In this document: positions 28,344 to 38,600 of the stretch, one piece after another
Numbering within the stretch: the first letter of the stretch is position 1
Layout of the letters: the number at the start of each line of letters is the position of its first letter
Source of the DNA: an uncultured Comamonadaceae bacterium
GTDB lineage: Bacteria; Bacteroidota; Bacteroidia; Flavobacteriales_D; Sanyastnellaceae
Assembly: GCA_964353035.1 (NCBI GenBank)
Contig: CAYGUR010000002.1
Span: 1 to 48,433, forward strand
DNA length: 48,433 nt
Direction: 5' to 3'
Position numbers and translations under genes: made by a program
Notes under the pieces: model-generated
The model's database searches: none
What the model was told of the DNA's origin: nothing
Seen by the model: only the letters and a program-made list of their open reading frames with translations

Positions 28344-29891
28344 ATGGAAACAGCAACACAAATCAACATTTCACAAGTTCTTCAAGAACTCGGAATCAAC
28401 GCTCAAAATAAAGGCGTTTCTACTGGATCAAACTATTTTGGCTCAGGAAGCAACATCGTATCACATTCACCAACCAATGGAGAAAAAATCGCTGAAGTCT
28501 CTACGGCAACTCAAGCAGATTACGATAAAGTTATTGCTACAGCTCAAAAAGCCTACAAAGAATGGCGCAACATCCCTGCTCCTAAAAGAGGAGAATATGT
28601 TCGTCAATTCGGTGATGCCCTTCGTGCCAAAAAAGAGGCGCTTGGAGCTCTTGTGAGCTATGAGATGGGTAAATCGTACCAAGAAGGTCTAGGTGAAGTT
28701 CAAGAAATGATTGATATCTGCGACTTCGCAGTAGGTCTTTCACGACAGCTTTACGGACTAACAATGCACTCTGAACGTCCGGGACATAGAATGTATGAGC
28801 AATGGCACCCAATCGGAATTGTAGGTATCATCTCAGCGTTCAACTTCCCTGTAGCTGTTTGGTGCTGGAATACTGCTCTCGCTTGGATTTGCGGAGACGT
28901 CTGTATTTGGAAGCCGTCCGAAAAGACACCTCTTTGCAGCGTGGCTTGCCAGAATATTTGGAACGAAGTTGCTGCCGCCAATGATCTACCAGAAGGAATT
29001 TCTTCTATCATCAACGGTGACTACAAAGTTGGAGAGATGATGACCACAGACAAGAATGTACCTCTTGTAAGCGCTACCGGATCTATCAGAATGGGGAAAA
29101 TTGTTGGACAGGCTGTTGCGGCTCGCCTAGGCACCTCTCTACTTGAACTCGGCGGAAATAACGCTGTCATCATCGAACCAGACGCAGATCTTCAAATGAT
29201 TATCCCAGCGCTTGTATTCGGAGCGGTTGGAACAGCCGGACAACGTTGTACCTCTACACGTCGATTAATTGTACACAACGACATCTATGAAAAGGTAAAA
29301 GACAACCTCATCTCTGCCTACGGACAACTTCGCATTGGAGACCCACTAGATGAAAACAACCACGTTGGTCCACTCATTGACAAAGACGCTGTGAACGCCT
29401 ACCTTAATGCCATTGAAGAAGTGAAGAAGGAAGGAGGAGAGCTCCTTACAGAATCTGGTGTTCTAGAAGGTCCTCAACATGCTTCAGGCTGCTATGTGAA
29501 GCCTGCTATCGCGAAAGTGAAAAACAGCTACAACATTGTACAAGAAGAAACATTCGCGCCTATTCTTTACATCATGACGTATTCTACCATTGATGAAGCT
29601 ATTGACCTTCAAAATGGTGTGAAACAAGGCCTGTCGTCAGCAATTATGACTACAAACCTTCGCACAGCTGAGCAGTTCCTTTCTTGTAATGGCTCTGATT
29701 GCGGGATTGCGAATGTCAACATCGGAACATCCGGTGCTGAAATCGGCGGTGCCTTCGGTGGTGAAAAAGAAACTGGTGGTGGACGTGAGTCTGGAAGTGA
29801 TGCTTGGAAAGCATACATGCGAAGACAAACCAATACCATTAACTACAGTTCGCATCTTCCCTTAGCGCAAGGAATCAAATTTGACCTATAA
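28344..29891 (+). CDS. NAD-dependent aldehyde dehydrogenase, ALDH7-like (piperideine-6-carboxylate / aminoadipate-semialdehyde dehydrogenase type)
   Basis: Contains ALDH motifs ELGGNNAVII and the catalytic Cys in GTAGQRCTSTRR, plus EETFAPILY. The start is taken at METATQ; the upstream 24 codons of the tracked ORF contain the promoter box. Confidence 0.85.
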   Translation: METATQINISQVLQELGINAQNKGVSTGSNYFGSGSNIVSHSPTNGEKIAEVSTATQADYDKVIATAQKAYKEWRNIPAPKRGEYVRQFGDALRAKKEALGALVSYEMGKSYQEGLGEVQEMIDICDFAVGLSRQLYGLTMHSERPGHRMYEQWHPIGIVGIISAFNFPVAVWCWNTALAWICGDVCIWKPSEKTPLCSVACQNIWNEVAAANDLPEGISSIINGDYKVGEMMTTDKNVPLVSATGSIRMGKIVGQAVAARLGTSLLELGGNNAVIIEPDADLQMIIPALVFGAVGTAGQRCTSTRRLIVHNDIYEKVKDNLISAYGQLRIGDPLDENNHVGPLIDKDAVNAYLNAIEEVKKEGGELLTESGVLEGPQHASGCYVKPAIAKVKNSYNIVQEETFAPILYIMTYSTIDEAIDLQNGVKQGLSSAIMTTNLRTAEQFLSCNGSDCGIANVNIGTSGAEIGGAFGGEKETGGGRESGSDAWKAYMRRQTNTINYSSHLPLAQGIKFDL

Positions 29892-29901
29892 AGTTGTAAA
29901 G

Positions 29902-29931
29902 AAGCCTCGACAAATATGTCGGGGCTTTTTT
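29902..29931 (+). terminator. Rho-independent terminator after the aldehyde dehydrogenase gene
   Basis: AAGCCTCGACA-aata-TGTCGGGGCTT forms an 11-bp stem with one G-U pair, followed by a T-run, 11 nt after the stop codon. Confidence 0.8.
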
Positions 29932-29946
29932 CTATTTTCACTGTCT

Positions 29947-31176
29947 ATGCGCCTTAGCTTCATTCTCTTGACTATTCTGTTGATAACAGGGTGTCAATCC
30001 TCTCAAACGGAGTCCACCATCTCCGAACCCACTTCTGTCCTCAAGACAGGACCATGGACCTTGACTATGGACCTTGACGGGACAACGTTGAACCAACAAA
30101 TCACGTTAACAGACAACTTTACCTTCATCTTTCACAATGCTGAAGAGCAAATTGAAAGTGAGTCCATTGTGACCAGTGACACGATTTACATAGAAATGCC
30201 CGTGTATCACACGCATTTCATTGGTACGATCCAAAACGATTCAACCATCTCCGGAAAATGGTACAACCCAAATCGCGCCAACAATTACACCATTGATTTC
30301 GTCATGCATAAAAACAATGAAATCAACCGTGTAGATTGGGGAAATGCTCGTTCACAACGGTATGCCGTTCGCTTCAGCCCGAATACCGACGATGAATATC
30401 CGGCTGTAGGTATTATTCATCAGGCAGGAAATCATTTGAAAGGTACCTTCTTGACAGAAACAGGAGATTACCGATTTTTAGAGGGAGAACTCAATACAGA
30501 CGAAGCTACTTTGCAATGTTTTGATGGAAGCCACGTCTTTCATTTTAACATGACCATGACGGCTGATTCATTGCTGAATGGTGAGTTCAAAAGTGGTGTT
30601 CATTGGTCTGAACCTTTTGTTGCTGTAAAGGACAATTCCTACGCCTTAACCAATCCTGATTCCCTCACATTTCAAGCGAAAGAAGGTCCATTTACTTTCA
30701 GCGCAATGGCACTAGATGGTGATATCAAAACGTTCAGTACGCCTGACTACATGGGCAAAGTTACTATTGTCCAAATTCTAGGTACATGGTGCCCAAATTG
30801 CCTTGATGAAACAAAATATTATGGGGAGTTGGCTGAAAATATCAACGACGAACGACTTCAAATTATACCAGTAGCATTCGAAGCATCAGAAGATTTTGGA
30901 ACAAATATTTCGCGATTAAAAACCTATCAGCACGAACTCAACCTCCCATTCACACCGTACCTCGGAGGAAAAGCCAAAAAAAGTGCAGCGAATGAAGTGT
31001 TTCCAATGCTGAACCACGTGATGTCGTTTCCTACTTCTATTTTCATTGATCAAACAGGAAAAGTCAGGCGCATTCACACCGGCTTCTATGGTCCGGGAGC
31101 AGAATTGGAATATGAGCAATTCAAAACCTCTACTGAGGACCTTGTGCATGAACTTTTAGCGAGCGAATCACTATGA
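29947..31176 (+). CDS. TlpA-like thiol:disulfide oxidoreductase lipoprotein with a ~260-aa N-terminal domain of unknown function
   Basis: The start MRLSFILLTILLITGC carries a lipobox. The C-terminal thioredoxin fold has GTWCPNC (CXXC). The tracked ORF start (29881) lies upstream of the terminator and is rejected. Confidence 0.75.
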   Translation: MRLSFILLTILLITGCQSSQTESTISEPTSVLKTGPWTLTMDLDGTTLNQQITLTDNFTFIFHNAEEQIESESIVTSDTIYIEMPVYHTHFIGTIQNDSTISGKWYNPNRANNYTIDFVMHKNNEINRVDWGNARSQRYAVRFSPNTDDEYPAVGIIHQAGNHLKGTFLTETGDYRFLEGELNTDEATLQCFDGSHVFHFNMTMTADSLLNGEFKSGVHWSEPFVAVKDNSYALTNPDSLTFQAKEGPFTFSAMALDGDIKTFSTPDYMGKVTIVQILGTWCPNCLDETKYYGELAENINDERLQIIPVAFEASEDFGTNISRLKTYQHELNLPFTPYLGGKAKKSAANEVFPMLNHVMSFPTSIFIDQTGKVRRIHTGFYGPGAELEYEQFKTSTEDLVHELLASESL

Positions 31177-31646
31177 AAGATCTAGGGATCTACTTGATTA
31201 TTCTGTCTATTCCCTTCTTTATTCTTTACTTCGTCAGCGTTGTCTTTTTGTATCCTGAAGGACATGACCTCATCAACTTTCATATCCTTGCGCTGACGCA
31301 TATCCTTAATGCCGCCAATGTGTACTTCTTATGGTCTCGGTTCTATGAAAAAGAAGACCAGGAAGAAGTACTAGATGAGCACCTCCTACTGGCCAAACTT
31401 TCTACAAACGGAAATTTACATCCCGTTCTACCTAATTTTCTTTTTCCGTTCGGATTTCTAATCTCTATAGGGACACTCACGTACATGGTGATGTATATTC
31501 TTGACCACACACATCACGGACTATCACACTGGTTTGGAGAAGAACTGTTGGTAACGTTTATACTTGCCTGCAGCATTCCCGCCTCCTTGATAAGTGTCCC
31601 TTTTTACTTCAAGTTAATGCATAGCGGGGTTACTCAAAATCGCTGA
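31173..31646 (+). CDS. Hypothetical integral membrane protein (4 predicted TM helices)
   Basis: 157-aa ORF whose ATG overlaps the upstream stop (ATGA). It has hydrophobic helices and no recognisable motif. Confidence 0.5.
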   Translation: MKDLGIYLIILSIPFFILYFVSVVFLYPEGHDLINFHILALTHILNAANVYFLWSRFYEKEDQEEVLDEHLLLAKLSTNGNLHPVLPNFLFPFGFLISIGTLTYMVMYILDHTHHGLSHWFGEELLVTFILACSIPASLISVPFYFKLMHSGVTQNR

Positions 31647-33207
31647 TTACGTCCACCACAATTCGCTTGTCTCTATTCGCAAGCTCCCATGCCGTATAGA
31701 AGATCAACTGCCCAATTTTTGCCGTTTTCTCGTACATGATTTTATCTGGTGTATCTGTTGGCTTGTGATAGTCTTCATGAACACCACTGAAGTAAAAAAT
31801 TACAGGAATATTGTTCTTCGCGAAATTGTAGTGATCTGAACGGTAATAGAATCTGTTCGGGTCTTGAGGGTCATTGTAGGTATAGTCCAACGCGATATTT
31901 GTATATGTAGCATTGGCTTCTTCGCTAATGGCATGCAATTCAGTACTCAGTTTGTCTGAGCCGATTAGGTAAATGTATTTACCATCTTCGTGTTCCGCAT
32001 CCTTTCTTCCAATCATGTCTACATTCAAGTTTACCACTGTCTGTTTCAACGGAAATACGGGATGCGTCACATACCATTCACTCCCTAACAATCCCTTTTC
32101 TTCGCCTGAAACAGTCATGATCAGCACACTTCTACGCGGACCATTTCCCTCATTTACAGCCATTTTGAACGCTTCAGCAATTTCCATAACTGTTACCGTT
32201 CCTGAACCATCATCATCAGCACCGTTATTGATTTCATCACCTTGTTTACCAATGTGATCATAATGAGAAGTAACTACTACCAATTCATTGCTCAATTCTG
32301 GATCAGAACCAGGAATGTAGCAGAGGACATTTTCAGAGGTATATTCCTTCAGTTCTCTTTTAACCGCAATGCTTACAGGTTTCTTTAGCGCCTTTTGAAA
32401 AGGAACTTGCTTCTTCAGAATCTTCTTTTTGTGTTTTTCTATCTTTCCGGACTTCGCTTCTTTGAACAATTTTTCCATTCCAGAAGGCTTGATAAAGAAG
32501 GTCGGAAGCACTTCCTCTCTTTCCTCACGTTCCATATCTAAACGCATCCCTGGATTCTCTAGCCAATACTTCACTCTCCCTAAGTAGCGATCGTAATCTT
32601 CGTTTAGCACAATCAGTGCGCGGGCACCTTGTGCTTGAGCTGCATCACGTTTCAATCTCCAATCACCAGACCATTCACTCACACCATCTTCCTTCGTTAC
32701 AAGCGAAATTCCATCCTTGTTCATTGGTTCACCAGGTAGTACAAAGAGAATTTTGTCTTTTACATCTACTCCCTCATAATCATTGTAGAATTCACTTTCT
32801 ATTCCATAGCCTAAGAACATGGCATCACCGGTAATGGTGTTGGTATCAAAACCTGGGAAGAAATAGAAATCTTCTGTGAAATTGAGGGTAACATCACCAA
32901 CCGACATTTGCGCTTCAATTGTTCGTTCAGAACGAAGCGGAAAAGTCTGAAAGTAAGAACCGTCAATAATCGGATCAACACCCAAACTTTCAAAGTAGTT
33001 CGCAATGTACTCGGCGGCCATTTTTTGTCCTTCCTTGCCTGTTTCCCTTCCTTCGAACTTATCACTTGCAAGAATGTACAAGTGCTCTTTTAACTCTTCA
33101 GCGGTAATGGATCCGGCATATTTCATGGCCAGTGAATCCTGAGCTGTGACCTGTGTTCCGCTTAAAGCGAAAAGCACGCATACTACTAGTAGATATCTCA
33201 TGAACAT
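31630..33207 (-). CDS. M28-family zinc aminopeptidase with PA (protease-associated) domain
   Basis: 525-aa ORF with a signal peptide and M28 metal-ligand blocks SHYDHIG, GADDDGSGT and SGEEKGLLGS. Confidence 0.85.
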   Translation of the reverse strand: MFMRYLLVVCVLFALSGTQVTAQDSLAMKYAGSITAEELKEHLYILASDKFEGRETGKEGQKMAAEYIANYFESLGVDPIIDGSYFQTFPLRSERTIEAQMSVGDVTLNFTEDFYFFPGFDTNTITGDAMFLGYGIESEFYNDYEGVDVKDKILFVLPGEPMNKDGISLVTKEDGVSEWSGDWRLKRDAAQAQGARALIVLNEDYDRYLGRVKYWLENPGMRLDMEREEREEVLPTFFIKPSGMEKLFKEAKSGKIEKHKKKILKKQVPFQKALKKPVSIAVKRELKEYTSENVLCYIPGSDPELSNELVVVTSHYDHIGKQGDEINNGADDDGSGTVTVMEIAEAFKMAVNEGNGPRRSVLIMTVSGEEKGLLGSEWYVTHPVFPLKQTVVNLNVDMIGRKDAEHEDGKYIYLIGSDKLSTELHAISEEANATYTNIALDYTYNDPQDPNRFYYRSDHYNFAKNNIPVIFYFSGVHEDYHKPTDTPDKIMYEKTAKIGQLIFYTAWELANRDKRIVVDVISDFE

Positions 33208-33629
33208 GCGATTTTATTTACTCTTCTTTCGTGTCTTCCACCCTCGAATTCAGCATCAAAGTAAGCAGTCAAAATACTTGCAGTCATTTCTTCATCAATG
33301 AACCTTGCAGGGATGCAGCATACATTGGCATCGTTGTGCAGTCTAGCCAAAGATGCAATTTCTGGAATCCAGCATATAGCAGCTCTCACATCGCTGTGTT
33401 TATTGGCGCTCATAGCAACTCCATTGGCTGATCCACAAATAAGGACACCTTGATCTGCATCTTTATTTTGAATGTCTGATGCAACCTGATGTGCATAATC
33501 AGGGTAATCTACAGATGCATCAGAGAAGGTTCCCTTGTCTAAAACTGTATGTCCGTTTGATTCTAACCAATTGATTATGAATGCTTTTCTTTCAAATCCG
33601 GCATGATCACTGCCAACAACTACTTTCAT
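33198..33629 (-). CDS. rpiB: Ribose-5-phosphate isomerase B
   Basis: 143-aa ORF with MKVVVGSDHAGFERK and LICGSANGVAMSANK, matching the RpiB/LacA/LacB family. It overlaps the downstream M28 gene by 10 nt. Confidence 0.9.
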   Translation of the reverse strand: MKVVVGSDHAGFERKAFIINWLESNGHTVLDKGTFSDASVDYPDYAHQVASDIQNKDADQGVLICGSANGVAMSANKHSDVRAAICWIPEIASLARLHNDANVCCIPARFIDEEMTASILTAYFDAEFEGGRHERRVNKIACS

Positions 33630-34104
33630 GGTACTAATTTTGATGTCAAATTAACAACATTTACTGGCAATGTAGATGTTCCTTGTCAAGTGTATGAACC
33701 GACGGTGTATGTTGTCAATATCCTGTTTAAAACATGTTCATTTCATGGCTACAACATTTGAAAGCTTTCTTTTGGAAATTTGGAATAAAATTTCAGGTAA
33801 CCAACGTTATGAACAATCACCCTCTTTCAAGAATTATTTATCGCAAAATGATGAACGAGCTATCCACAAAAATTAACAGGTACTTGAGCAGAAACATATG
33901 AAAACAACGTTAATGAAGTACCTTGTGAACAACTATCAAAAAGCGCTGAAAATCAGTCCTTATTGAACTGTATAATATGTTCACAAATGAAAATCCATGT
34001 TCAAAAGTCATTAAACCAATCAATTGAACCAATTTTTTTACACTGAATGAACACCCCTACTATAATTACATTTCTTTTATATAAATAAGAATATATTGTA
34101 TTAA

Positions 34105-35631
34105 ATGAGGTTAATAAACTCTGCCATCGGAATTTCGTTCTTCCTAATTCTATCGCTTTCTTTGGAAGCGCAAATAGACACGGCTTCAACCCACTATACT
34201 CAATTCTTTTATCCCAATGGGGTTATGTCGAGTGAGGGCGAACTAATCAACGGAAAACCAGAAGGATATTGGAAAACTTACTATGAATCAGGCGTTCTCA
34301 AAACAGAGGGAAATAGGCAAAATGGCTTGCTCCAGAATGAGTGGAAATTTTACCGTGAGAACGGAGAATTGGAACGCATCCTTTCCTACGAAAAAGATCT
34401 GCGAGAAGGATCAGAATTGATTTTTTCGGAAGATGGAAATATGATTGCTGAGATTCCCTGGGTAGCAGATCAGAAAGAGGGCGAAGCGAAGTATTTCTAC
34501 GAATCAGGTGAGCTTTACAGGAAATTACCTTTCGTTGCGAACAAGGAAGAGGGAAGAGGATATGAATTTGCCAAAGACGGAAGAATTATTACCTACTTGA
34601 ATTACAATTCGGGGTTCATTCGAAGCATTGAAAAGCTCAATAGGTATAATAAAGCAGGGAAAAAGACGGGATATTGGGTTGAATTTTATCCGAATGGAAA
34701 GGTTAAAATGGAAGGCTATTTCACCAATGGGGTGCGAAATGGAATCTTCAAATTCTACGACAAACGAGACAACCTAGATCGAATAGAAAAGTACCTCGGG
34801 GGTGAGCTGGTTACTGATGCAGACGAGACCGTAATGCTTGATATTCGGAAAGAATATTACCCAGATGGACGGTTAAAACTGGTGGGTAGTTACCGCGATG
34901 GATCCAAGCAAGGCGTGTTTCGAGAATATGGAGAGAATGGTGAAATAACAATGTCTTATCTCTACGATGGAAATGTCAAATTAGGCGAAGGAATTGTAGA
35001 CGCTGAAGGAAGGGAACAAGGTCCATGGAAACTGTTTTATCCAACTGGAGAATTGAAAGCAGAGGGTGAATATGTTGACGGTAAACGTGAAGGACCGTGG
35101 GTATTTTTCTTCGCCTCAGGCAAAAAAGAACAAAAAGGCAGTTACCGCGATGGTTTAGCCAGTGGAAATTGGATTTGGTACTACGAAACAGGTGAAATTG
35201 AACGTGAGGAAGGCTACCGGAAAGGAAAGGAAGATGGTCTGTCTACAGAATACGATAGAGAAGGAAATGTGCTTGAGAAAGGCGAATACATAGACGGATT
35301 GAAAAACGGTCCGTGGTTGTACCATGTCAATGACCACAAAGAAGAGGTAGAATTTATTGATGGAGAACCAACAGGCGATTGGCTGTTTACGCATGAAAAT
35401 GGAAACAAACTGTTCAAAGGCTCTTACTTAAGTGGAATTCCTGTTGGTAAGCACAAATATTGGTACGCTAACGGAAACACAAAGAAAGAAGGGAAGTACG
35501 AAGGTGGTGTGAAAGATGGTGATTGGAAGTACTACAAAGAAGATGGTACTCCATTGATGGTCATCAAATTTAAGAATGGAGTGAAGATAAAAATCGATGG
35601 AGCGAAATTGCCTCAGAACTTTGAAGAGTAA
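34105..35631 (+). CDS. Exported MORN-repeat-variant protein (YwqK-like repeat protein)
   Basis: 508-aa ORF with signal peptide MRLINSAIGISFFLILSLSLEAQ. Roughly 18-20 copies of the ~23-aa unit G.W..YY.nGkl..EG.y.dG...G follow. Confidence 0.8.
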   Translation: MRLINSAIGISFFLILSLSLEAQIDTASTHYTQFFYPNGVMSSEGELINGKPEGYWKTYYESGVLKTEGNRQNGLLQNEWKFYRENGELERILSYEKDLREGSELIFSEDGNMIAEIPWVADQKEGEAKYFYESGELYRKLPFVANKEEGRGYEFAKDGRIITYLNYNSGFIRSIEKLNRYNKAGKKTGYWVEFYPNGKVKMEGYFTNGVRNGIFKFYDKRDNLDRIEKYLGGELVTDADETVMLDIRKEYYPDGRLKLVGSYRDGSKQGVFREYGENGEITMSYLYDGNVKLGEGIVDAEGREQGPWKLFYPTGELKAEGEYVDGKREGPWVFFFASGKKEQKGSYRDGLASGNWIWYYETGEIEREEGYRKGKEDGLSTEYDREGNVLEKGEYIDGLKNGPWLYHVNDHKEEVEFIDGEPTGDWLFTHENGNKLFKGSYLSGIPVGKHKYWYANGNTKKEGKYEGGVKDGDWKYYKEDGTPLMVIKFKNGVKIKIDGAKLPQNFEE

Positions 35632-35643
35632 CCACCAAATTGG

Positions 35644-38600
35644 ATGAAAAAGGAAATAAAATCGTGGGTTGAAAATAGTTCTGAGGCCATTGTAATATTT
35701 GACATTCAAGAACGAAAACCTGCGTCCGTTAATCGGTCTGCGGAGTGGTTTTTACACGTACTATTTGGTCTTTCTAACTCTCATTGTGTTTCGAATTTTC
35801 CGGAAGAAATAGCTGATTTCGCTTTCAAGTCATACAAGCGCATTCATGAAAAGCCCTTCCAAAAAACGAAGTTTAAGAACGGATTAGAAGTCAGCGTCTC
35901 TTCCTTTTTTAATGAACCAAATTGTTGTCTTCTCACCATGCGCATGGCAGGTCTTACTTTTCCAGGTAGACAAGCTTTGATGGTTTTTGAAAACAACGTT
36001 GCCGGAATATATGAGACCAATATTGAAGGACAATTACTGGCGTTCAACAAAGCCTTCAGTGATATTTTAGGATATGAAACTAAAGAATTAATTGGGAAAG
36101 AAGGAAGCGAGTTGTACGTGCACGAAGGAGATCGAAAAGACTTCCTGAAAGCGCTTATCAGAGAGAAAAAACTCATCAATTGGGAAATGCGCTACCAACG
36201 GAAAGATGAATCTGTTGCTTGGTGCATGGAAAATGCATTTGTGCTTGAACAGAATGGGAAACAAAGTATTGTTGGAACCATTGTAGATATTACCGAACAA
36301 AAGCAGAACAAAGACCGATTCGAATCACTCTTTTACTCTTCACCAGATGCACTTCTTCTTGTTGTAAATGGATCAACCGGAAGGGTCAATAGAAGGTGTC
36401 AGGAAATCTTTGGGTACAACGAAGATGAGCTATTCGAAATGAATGTTTTCGACCCAAAAAACGGAATTTTCAAACTCTCAAGCAGTGAAAATGAGGTCTT
36501 TCAGCATAAGTTGGAACGACTGAAAAACGGCGAAACGTGCAAGTTGAGAGCCCTGTCTCGGAGGAAAGACAAATCGCTCTTTTACAGCGAAGTCACCATC
36601 ACCAATTCTTCTTTGGGAAGTCAAGAAGTCATACAGGTTATTGTGCGTGATGTATCTGAAAGGGTGCTGTATGAAGAATCTCTAAAAGAAAGCGAGTCCA
36701 GATTTAAACTACTTTCTGATGTGGCTATTGAAGGCATTGTTTTCTTGGTAGACCGACAAATTCGCGATTGCAATAAACAGTTTGTTCGCTTGTTTGGCTT
36801 CAAGAATTCAGAAGAGATGTTAGGACGAAACATTGAGGAGTTTATGTCTGAAATTGACATCAAACGCATGGAAGTTTTAGTCTCAAACAAGAGTGAAGAA
36901 CGAAAAGAAATATGGTCTAAAAATAAAGATGGACAGGTACTCATTTTGGAAGCTAGAGGAAGCAGAATTGAGTATCAACAAATGGAAATGAACGTCTATC
37001 TTTTTTATGATGTTACCTCTAGAAAACGAACTGAACAAGAGCTTGAACAAAGTACAGAACGATTTAAATCACTTGTTGAAAATTCGCCCAATGGTATTTT
37101 CATTCTGATTGATGGACGCATTCAATATGTCAATCAAAGTGGGCTTCAATTGCTCAAATTTCAAGACGAAGATGATGTGTTTGATGAAGAATTCACATCG
37201 TACTTCCCAGAAGAACTACAAGGAAAAATACAGGAAGACCTAGACGTAGTAAGAGAGGGTGAAGAAGTGGAGTACCGTGAATACAAAATCATTGACAGCT
37301 CTGGTAATCAAGTTGAAGTTGGATTCAAACCAACTTTAACTGTTTATGACAACCGCCCATCTGTTCAGGTAACATTGAACAACCTCAGCATGCGCATGAA
37401 ACTCATGCAAGAAACTATGCGTGCGCAGATTGCAGAAGAAATAAACATAGTCTTAAAACGCGAAATCGAAGAGCATAAGCTTACACAAATCAAGCTTCGC
37501 GAAGCAGAGAATTTTAGAAGGAACATCATCCAAAGTTCCATTGATATGATCATTGCAGTAGACAAACAGCAGTTGATCACAGAATTCAATCCGGCTGCGC
37601 AAGAACAATTCGGATATGCTTTTGAAGAGGTCGTTGGGAAGCCACTGCGCATACTGTACAAATCAGAAAGGGAATACAAAAAAATTGAATCTCGGATTAA
37701 GAAAGACCTTTCGTTCACTGGAGAAATAGAGAACATCACCAAGAACAAAAAGACGTTCACAAGCCTACTTTCGGCAAGCGTTATTCGAAATGAAGAAGAC
37801 ATAGTGGTAGGTTCCATGGGTGTTTCCAGAGATATTACAGAATTGAAAAAAGCGGAACACGAGCTCAGGGAAAGTGAGGAGCGCTACCGTGATTTGTTTG
37901 AAAACGCTTCAGATTTCATTTTTTCTGTGAACACTTCCGGAAATTTCAAATATGCCAACAAGGCATTTCTAAAAACACTTGGATACACCAAATCAGACCT
38001 GGTTTCACTTAGCTTGTCTGATGTGATTAACTCACCAGACATAGCCATTGGACAACCACTTGATTCCTTCGCTGGTAAGGCTATGGAGCTTGAGTTTAAA
38101 TCTAAAGACGGAAAGATTATTAATGTTTATGGAGACAGTAGTGTAAAAGAACGAAATGGAAAACCAGATGGTATTCGTGCGATTTACAGAGATATCACAG
38201 ACTTGAGGGAACACGAAAGAACTGCGCTCGAACAAGGTGCCAAGCTGGAGTCTATTTTCAATTCTACGGAAAACATGATGATGTGGACCATGAGTTTGCA
38301 AGGACAAATGACCTCCGCGAACAACAACTTTAGACGTTGGGTATCAGTTGATTTGGATGACAAAATTGAAGAGGGAGACCCCGTACTGTGCTTGCTTGAA
38401 AAGAACCTCAATAGAGATGCGTATCAGCAACAGCTTAAAGACTTTGAGAAAGCATTTGACGGCACTGTGACACAGTTTGAACTCCCGCTTAAGCTCACAG
38501 ACGACACAGAGTTTTGGCTCCAAGTGTTTGTGAATCCGGTCAACATCAAAGGAGAGTTGAACGAAGTGAGCTGTTTGGCTTACGACATTACAGATCGAAA

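Noticed and set aside
29881-29946. Upstream extension of the TlpA-like ORF
   Set aside because: It spans the strong rho-independent terminator at 29902-29931. The ATG at 29947 gives a canonical lipoprotein signal peptide.
33676-33876. 66-aa ORF in the AT-rich rpiB/MORN intergenic region
   Set aside because: It has no promoter-box or start context and odd composition, and it lies in a region better explained as regulatory DNA. It cannot be excluded as a small protein without ribosome profiling.
33630-34104. Possibility that this AT-rich, repeat-containing region (with mnmG ~5.5 kb away) is oriC
   Set aside because: There is only one reasonable DnaA-box-like 9-mer (CTATCCACA at 33860-33868, 8/9). 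The enriched hexamer TGTTCA is not a DnaA box, and no dnaA or dnaN is nearby. A GC-skew analysis of the whole genome would be needed to revisit this idea.
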